From Mycoplasmoides pneumoniae FH (GTDB taxonomy: Bacteria > Bacillota_I > Bacilli_A > Mycoplasmatales > Mycoplasmoidaceae), in assembly GCF_001272835.1 (NCBI RefSeq), contig NZ_CP010546.1:90001-122000 (forward strand): DNA of 32,000 nucleotides. Reading direction: 5' to 3'. Under the pieces are notes generated by a model that was given only the letters and a program-made list of their open reading frames with translations, made no database searches and was not told the DNA's origin. Made by a program: the position numbers and the translations under genes. Of this stretch, positions 22,732 through 32,000 are shown in pieces (within the stretch, counting starts at the first letter, position 1; each line of letters begins with the position of its first letter).

Positions 22732-23721
22732 ATGCAAACTATCTTAACTGATCAAGCTAGCTTCAACATATTAACTAGCAAGAGAAATTTAATTAATAAA
22801 TTAACTATTACAAACATAGTGCTTTGAGCACTGTTTGTCTTTTGTGCAATAGCCACAGCCTTTTTAGCTATCAGCCATTCTTTTCACAAGAATTTTTCTT
22901 TTTTTCTGGAGTCTGGAAATTCAAACAACGAAGGTGAAACAACAACGAAAGTTAATATTCACGTTCTTGTAGCTCAAATATTAACCCCCATTTTTACAGT
23001 TTTACTGATTCTTTGTTGAATGGGCAACATCGGGATTAACAGTTTATTGTTCGGTCAACTAAGTATTTGCCAACAATTTCAAAATGAGAAAAAATGATTA
23101 TTGTGAGCCATCTTTATCCCACAACTCACACTAACTAACTCACTGTTAGTAAGAGAAAAACTGAAGAACATTTTGGATGCAAATAGCAATAGTTCTACTC
23201 AAAAGAACAGACTTACTTGATGGATGATTGGCTTTTTTGTTGTTTGATTTATCCAACTTTTTCTAGGTTTCTTAATTTATTTACCAGCTTACAGTGCTGA
23301 AGCTCGCTTAAATTTAAATTTATCTTTTTTATCCTTTGCCTTAAATTCACCTTTACCAGTAGGGCACGCAGCCAATGGCTATTTTTTCTTAGGTTTGATT
23401 TTTGCATTTATGGATTTAACCATAATAGTACTCCTAGTTATTAGTGGCTTCATCTTGAAGCATTTAATTCAAACTAATAAAACTGAGCACAAAAAATACC
23501 AACTAATGTTTTTCTGAACTGCTTTAGCAATTGATGTAATTGGGCTAATTATGACCATTTCATTTATAGTTGTTAGCTTTTCCTTAGAAAAAGGAGATGA
23601 CTACTTATTAAAAACACCTTTCTTTGGTAGTTCATTGATGGCATTAATTACTATTGCAACGCTTGTAACTACAATCCTTTTATTTATTAGATTTAATAAA
23701 AAAAGATTACTTAAAAATTAA
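22732..23721 (+). CDS. Multi-pass membrane protein, member of the same local family (329 aa)
   Basis: Code-4 ORF ATG 22732: MQTILTDQASFNILTSKRNLINKLTITNIVLWALF...LLWAIFIPQLTLTNSLLVREKLKN...FNKKRLLKN*. It has several TGA codons so it is absent from the track. Resembles the N-terminal module of 17244-18683. Confidence 0.8.
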
Positions 23722-23730
23722 TAAATAGTT

Positions 23731-25766
23731 TCCAACACCTACCTCCTCCAAGACCACAACACCCTCACCCCCTACACGCCCTTTACGACACCGCTCAATG
23801 GGGGGCTGGATGTTGTGCGCGCCGCCCATTTACACACCTCATACGAACTCGTGGACTGAAAGGTGGGACAGAACAAGTTGGTGGCGCTGGTCCGCTCAGC
23901 GTTGGTCAGGGTGAAGTTTCAAGATAGTTCGAGCCAACAAGGCACTGAGAGTAATGGCCAAGACCAAAATGCCCTTAGTTTTGATACCACCAAGTCCCAA
24001 CAAGCCTTACAGCAAGCTGGCGATCAATCAGGAACTTCATCTAATTCCACCCAAGAAGACTTCGCCAGCTACATCCTCATCTTTAAAGCCGCGCCCAGGG
24101 CCACGTGGGTGTTTGAACGCAAGATTAAGTTGGCGTTGCCCTACGTTAAGCAGGAAAGTCAGGGTTCCGACGATCAAGGTTCCAATGGTAAGGGCTCCCT
24201 CTACACCACCTTAAAAGACCTCCTCGTCGAACAACCCGTGACCCCTTACACGCCCAATGCGGGGTTAGCCCGGGTGAATGGGGTTGCTCAGGACAAGGTG
24301 CATGGGTTGGAGTCTGGGTGAGACAACCAACGTTCCCAAAAAAACCTCACCAACAACCCCGGACCCAAAGCCGTCACCGGCTTTAAGCTCGATAAGGGCC
24401 GCGCGTACCGGAAGCTGAATGAAAGTTGACCGGTGTCGAACCCCTCGATTCGACCAAGGCTGGCAAGGGGAAAAGTTCCACAGAATGAAAAACGGAGGAG
24501 ACAAATGCTAAGAGTGATGCTCCCCTAGCTAATGGTCAGCAAGTGGGGGCTGGAAGTGCTTTTGGTTTACAAGGCAATGGCTCGAACAGTTCGGGGTTAA
24601 GACCGCTCTTGAAGCACACCGCCCAAATTAATTTAAGGCAAACCCAAGACAACGCGCAAACTGGTAAATTCTCCAAATACCTCAACACCGCCCAGGCCTT
24701 GCACCAGATGGGGGTGATAGTGCCATCTTTGGAAACGTGACCTGGTAAACCAAGTACTGGAATCGCTACCCGTGCTGCTGGTGGTGTTTCAGTCCAAGCA
24801 GCGACTCGGCTCGACTTCTACAAATGAAGATCTGCCGAATGTAATAACAAAGTTATACCACACCTCCACGTCCCAACTCGCTTACTTAAATGGCCAGATC
24901 GTTGTGATGGGTTCAAACGCGGTACCGAGTTTGTTGTATTGGGTTGTCGGGGAGGACCAGGAATCGGGTCGCGCAACCTGATGAGCCCACACCGAGCTCA
25001 ACTGGGGCACCGACAAGCAGAAGCAGTTTGTCGAAAACCAGTTGGGTTTTAAAGATGACTCCAATTCGGATTCCAAGAATTCGAATTTGAAGGCTCAAGG
25101 CCTCACCCAACCCGCCTACCTCATCGCCGGTCTTGACGTTGTGGCCGACCACCTCGTCTTTGCGGCCTTTAAAGCGGGCGCGGTGGGGTATGATATGAGC
25201 ACGGAAAACAGTGCTGCCACCAAAGACCAAGCACTCGCCTGGTCGACCACGGCCGGGTTGGACAGTGCTGGGGGGTACAAGGCCTTGGTGGAAAACACGG
25301 CCGGCTCAACGGTCCGATTAATGGCTTGTTTACCCTGCTCGACAGCTTTGCCTATGTGACCCCGGTGAGTGGCATGAAAGGGGGTAGTCAGAATAACGAA
25401 GAAGTGCAGACCAAGTATCCCGTTAAGGATGATAGTAAGGCTTCCGCCAAAATTGCGTCCTTAATTAATGCCAGCCCACTCAACAGTTATGGGGATGATG
25501 GCGTGACCGTGTTTGATGCCCTGGGCCTTAACTTTAACTTTAAGTTGAACGAGGCGCGCTTGCCGTCGCGCACCGACCAACTGCTTGTGTATGGGATTGT
25601 AAACGAAAGTGAACTGAAGTCCGCGCGCGAAAATGCCCAATCAACTTCCGACGCTAATTCGAACACCAAAGTCAAGTGAACCAACACCGCCTTGCACTAC
25701 CTCCCCGTGCCGTATTACTATAGTGCCAATTTCCCCGAAGTCGGTAACAGAAGAAGAGCGGAGCAG
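23731..25766 (+). pseudogene. RepMP5-type repeat: degenerate copy of the P40/P90 (MPN142) adhesin gene
   Basis: NTYLLQDHNTLTPYTPFTTPLNGGLDVVRAAHLHTSYELVDWKVGQNKLVALVRSALVRVKFQD...ASYILIFKAAPRATWVFERKIKLALPYVKQESQG...VKWTNTALHYLPVPYYYSANFPEVGNRRRAEQRNGV. Homology changes frame near 24435, near 24815 and near 25304. Confidence 0.88.
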
Positions 25767-26244
25767 CGGAATGGGGTGATAACAATAAAAAGGCCATCTA
25801 CCCAGAGGTAAGAGGCAGACAGCTCCAAAATATTTTTGACGATTGGAAAACTAACAAAAGCTGTTAGTTTGATGTAGAGGCAAAACTATGAATTTACTAA
25901 ATTTATTTAAATCAGCGGGAGCAGGCTCGTTTTTTTAACACAAGTCACTCTATCTGCTCCCACTAAATAAATTGAGACAGATTTTCAAAATAGCCAAAAA
26001 GTTTGAATATTTTGCAATTTGGGTTTACAACTCCATCTAACTATTAGTAGGAACTTTTACTTTCAAAAAAACTTTTTGGTTTATTTTTGGTGTCTTTACT
26101 AACTTAAAGCAATTTAGTTAGTGTAAGCACAAAAACCGTTATGTGTAATGTTTTTATTAATTTAGCAAAACAGCTGAACTTAGTTGGCAGCACTACTGCA
26201 AGTTGTAGTTTTCTCAACCTCTTTCAGAAAGGAGTTATTGCTTA

Positions 26245-26667
26245 ATGAAAGAGAAAATTCCGTTTTATAACGAAAAAGAATTCCATGACATGATGAAAAA
26301 GACCAAAAAGGGCACTTTTTCGGGATGATACATCATTGACAAAGATAACAAAAGTGTGGAATTCTCTGGCAATTTCAACAGACAATTTAAACTTAACAAA
26401 CCGGTTATACCAGTGAACACAGAATACGTAACGCGTAAAGAGTTTAATGAGTACAAAGACTCAAACGACCAACGACTTACAAAGATTGAAACCACTTTGG
26501 CCGCCCAAGGTGAACAAATAAGAATCCAGGGTGAGCAAATTAAAGAACTTCAAATCGAGCAAAAAGCTCAGGGAAAAACCTTAAAGCTAATCTTGCAAAC
26601 GCTGCAAAAGATGAGCGATCGTTTGAACAAGATGGATGTTCGTCTAGATAAACTAGAGTCTAAGTAG
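26245..26667 (+). CDS. DUF16 / UPF0134 family coiled-coil protein (140 aa)
   Basis: ATG 26245 preceded by AGAAAGGAG: [141 protein letters not shown]-terminal heptad pattern. Confidence 0.88.
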
Positions 26668-26685
26668 ATATTATTCAAAATAAAG

Positions 26686-26725
26686 AATACCAGCAATTAG
26701 TCTTTAAAAGATAGTTGTTGGTATT
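26686..26725 (+). terminator. Hairpin plus T-rich tail downstream of the DUF16 gene
   Basis: AATACCAGCAA...TTGTTGGTATTTTTATT, an 11-pair outer stem including one G-T. Confidence 0.6.
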
Positions 26726-26925
26726 TTTATTCATTTAATACTTTCTAAAAACTTTTTGCAATTTTGTTGGCACTTCTCAATAAGCCGGTCAATTTATTTA
26801 GTGGAAGAGCAAAATGCAAATCTTTAATTTTTGAAATTGATCAGCAAAGCGTCTGATCCCTGTTGGCAACTTAGTTGAAAGTTTTATTTACTTTCCAAAC
26901 CTTACAAAGAAAGGAGGATTTAAAC

Positions 26926-27132
26926 ATGAAAAAAGTTAAAGCATTAAGGAATCTTTTTCTAGAAAAAGCCGAAGAAAAGCTTAAATACCCCAAAATTGCT
27001 TCAATGGTAGCTTACTTTGATCCAAAGGAAGATGGTACTTGTGAATTCATTATGAAAATTAAAACTGTCAATGAAGTTACTGATAACGAAGTAAAAAGCG
27101 AGGAAAAGCCTTTAGGCACTTGAAAGAGTTAG
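26926..27132 (+). CDS. Small soluble protein (68 aa), M. pneumoniae paralog-type
   Basis: ATG 26926 preceded by AGAAAGGAGG. MKKVKALRNLFLEKAEEKLKYPKIASMVAYFDPKEDGTCEFIMKIKTVNEVTDNEVKSEEKPLGTWKS* (TGA read as Trp, TAG stop). Confidence 0.7.
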
Positions 27133-27162
27133 TTGATTTTTTGGTCTAAAAAGACATAAATT

Positions 27163-27201
27163 TACCAACAGTAAGTGTTAAAACTTGCTGTTGGTATTTT
27201 T
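27163..27201 (+). terminator. Strong hairpin terminator at the left edge of the P1-like repeat
   Basis: TACCAACAGTAAG-TGTTAAAA-CTTGCTGTTGGTA-TTTTTA, a 13-pair stem with one T-G. Confidence 0.75.
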
Positions 27202-27202
27202 A

Positions 27203-27980
27203 TTCTCCCCCACGCTTTCCCGTTTCTCCACCGGGTTCAACCTCGCGGGGACTGTTTTGGACCAGGTGTTGGATTATGTTCCCTGGATTGGGAATGGGTA
27301 CAGGTATGGGAATGACCACCGGGGGAGCAACAGTAGTACGAGTGGGGTAACGACCCAGGGACAATCCCAAAATGCATCCAGTAACGAACCCGCACCGACG
27401 TTTTCGAATGTCGGCGTTGGTCTCAAAGCCAACGTCCAAGCGACGCTCGGGGGCAGTCAGACGACGACTACCAAGGGTTCGCCTTGAAGAACCCTCGACC
27501 CAGCCAACCTCCAGCTCTGAACCGGCGCGGGGTGAAGGAATGATAAGGCTTCAAACAAACAAAGTGACGAAAACCACACCACCTTTAAAAGCGCTACGGG
27601 GATGGGCCAGCAGGGACAATCAGGTACCTCCGCGGGGAATCCCGATGCGTTAAAGCAGGATAAAATCACCAAGGAAAACTCGGGCAATCTCAAAACGGAG
27701 GATGGTACTGCTACTAATTCGACGACGGCATTCGCGTCGAATTACACCAACCTCCCCCCCACCGCTGATTGACCGAACGCGCTGTCATTCACCAATAAGA
27801 ACAACGCGCAGCGCGCCCAGCTGTTCCTGCGCGGCCTGTTGGGCAGCATCCCGGTGTTGGTCAATAAGAGTGGTGAAAATAACTAAAAATTCCAAGCCAC
27901 CGACCAAAAATGGTCGTATGCCGACTTAAAAACAGACCAAACCAAACTCAACCTCCCCGCTTACGGCGAGGTGAATGGGC
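27203..27980 (+). pseudogene. RepMP2/3-type repeat: truncated copy of the P1 adhesin gene
   Basis: [41 protein letters not shown]...[53 protein letters not shown]...[45 protein letters not shown] (TAA 27884-27886), then in the same frame [32 protein letters not shown]. Confidence 0.88.
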
Positions 27981-28208
27981 TAATATTTCTAAAAATTCAG
28001 TTTATAAGCAAAACTTATTAGTTAATCAACAGTTTGAAAAAGTTTTATTCTGAACCTATTAAATGTTAATAAAAGTTAATAGAAATAATAAAAAAACTTA
28101 TGTAAGTATCACGAACACTCTTTTTAAATTCTTAGAAAAATGCACTTTTTTCCACTTTTTATAGCGATTTCTTTTGCATTCTTTAAACATAAATAAAAAG
28201 TTTTTCTG

Positions 28209-28214
28209 TATAAT
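28209..28214 (+). promoter_or_regulatory. Putative -10 (TATAAT) of the rrn operon
   Basis: TGTATAATC about 70 nt upstream of mature 16S; no convincing -35 at 16-18 bp, which is usual for M. pneumoniae. Confidence 0.65.
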
Positions 28215-28249
28215 CTTCAGGCTGTTGACAACTCTGTCGACGCCGAAAA

Positions 28250-28264
28250 TGTTCTTTCAAAACT
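28250..28264 (+). promoter_or_regulatory. boxA-like antitermination element in the rrn leader
   Basis: TGTTCTTTCAAAACT resembles the Firmicutes rrn leader boxA (TGTTCTTTGAAAACT). Confidence 0.6.
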
Positions 28265-28281
28265 GGATGCAATCTGTCAAT

Positions 28282-29797
<1,516 letters not shown>

Positions 29798-29964
29798 CTA
29801 ATGGAGTTTTTTACTTTTTCTTTTCATCTTTAATAAAGATAAATACTAAACAAAACATCAAAATCCATTTATTTATCGGTGGTAAATTAAACCCAAATCC
29901 CTGTTTGGTCTCACAACTAACATATTTGGTCAGATTGTATCCAGTTCTGAAAGAACATTTCCGC

Positions 29965-29982
29965 TTCTTTCAAAACTGAAAA
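29965..29982 (+). promoter_or_regulatory. Second boxA-like element in the 16S-23S spacer
   Basis: CTTCTTTCAAAACTGAAA repeats the leader boxA motif upstream of 23S. Confidence 0.5.
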
Positions 29983-30024
29983 CGACAATCTTTCTAGTTC
30001 CAAATAAATACCAAAGGATCAATA

Positions 30025-32000
<1,976 letters not shown>

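Noticed and set aside
24265-25298. Minus-strand ORFs (24265..24504, 24882..25076, 24913..25230, 25116..25298)
   Set aside because: Antisense to the RepMP5 P40/P90-like sequence in GC-rich DNA, where spurious open frames are common.
27200-27929. Minus and alternate-frame ORFs over the P1-like repeat (27200..27439, 27372..27653, 27457..27693, 27702..27929)
   Set aside because: The 27185 frame with TGA=Trp matches P1 throughout; the others are by-products of GC-rich sequence.
28225-28250. TTGACA at 28225-28230 as a -35 for a second rrn promoter
   Set aside because: The sequence 15-19 nt downstream (GAAAAT region) is a poor -10 and overlaps the conserved processing stem; TATAAT at 28209 is the better candidate.

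Overview
This window looks like a chromosomal segment of Mycoplasma pneumoniae (genetic code 4, UGA=Trp). That assignment rests on recognising the gene content, the P1 and P40/P90 repeat sequences and the rRNA operon; no database search was run. Because the supplied ORF track stops at every TGA, I re-joined ORFs across TGA and corrected several starts and ends. Left to right: (1) two tandem paralogous MFS/hexose-phosphate-type transporters on the minus strand, a strong hairpin terminator and tRNA-Ser(GCU); (2) fruA, fruK, a small single-TM ORF, a 1386-aa ABC permease, an ABC ATPase and transketolase, with very tight or overlapping junctions; (3) two paralogous lipoproteins carrying trypsin-like His/Asp/Ser motifs (DUF31/MIP-type); (4) a cluster of paralogous multi-pass membrane proteins, several broken by an in-frame stop or a frameshift, surrounding a lone hsdS whose central spacer contains 4.5 copies of a perfect 12-bp repeat encoding (ELSA)n; (5) a GC-rich island made of a degenerate RepMP5 copy (P40/P90 homolog) and a RepMP2/3 copy (P1 homolog), separated by a DUF16/UPF0134 coiled-coil gene and a small ORF; (6) the rrn operon: leader with a TATAAT box and boxA-like element, complete 16S, a tRNA-less spacer and partial 23S. 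I did not find a convincing entirely new system. The best second-look items are the HsdS spacer repeat, the cluster of broken membrane paralogs around it, the 35-nt leader/spacer complementarity flanking 16S, the uncatalogued 53-aa ORF in the fructose/ABC cluster, the protease-like lipoproteins, and the structured leader upstream of the DUF16 gene.
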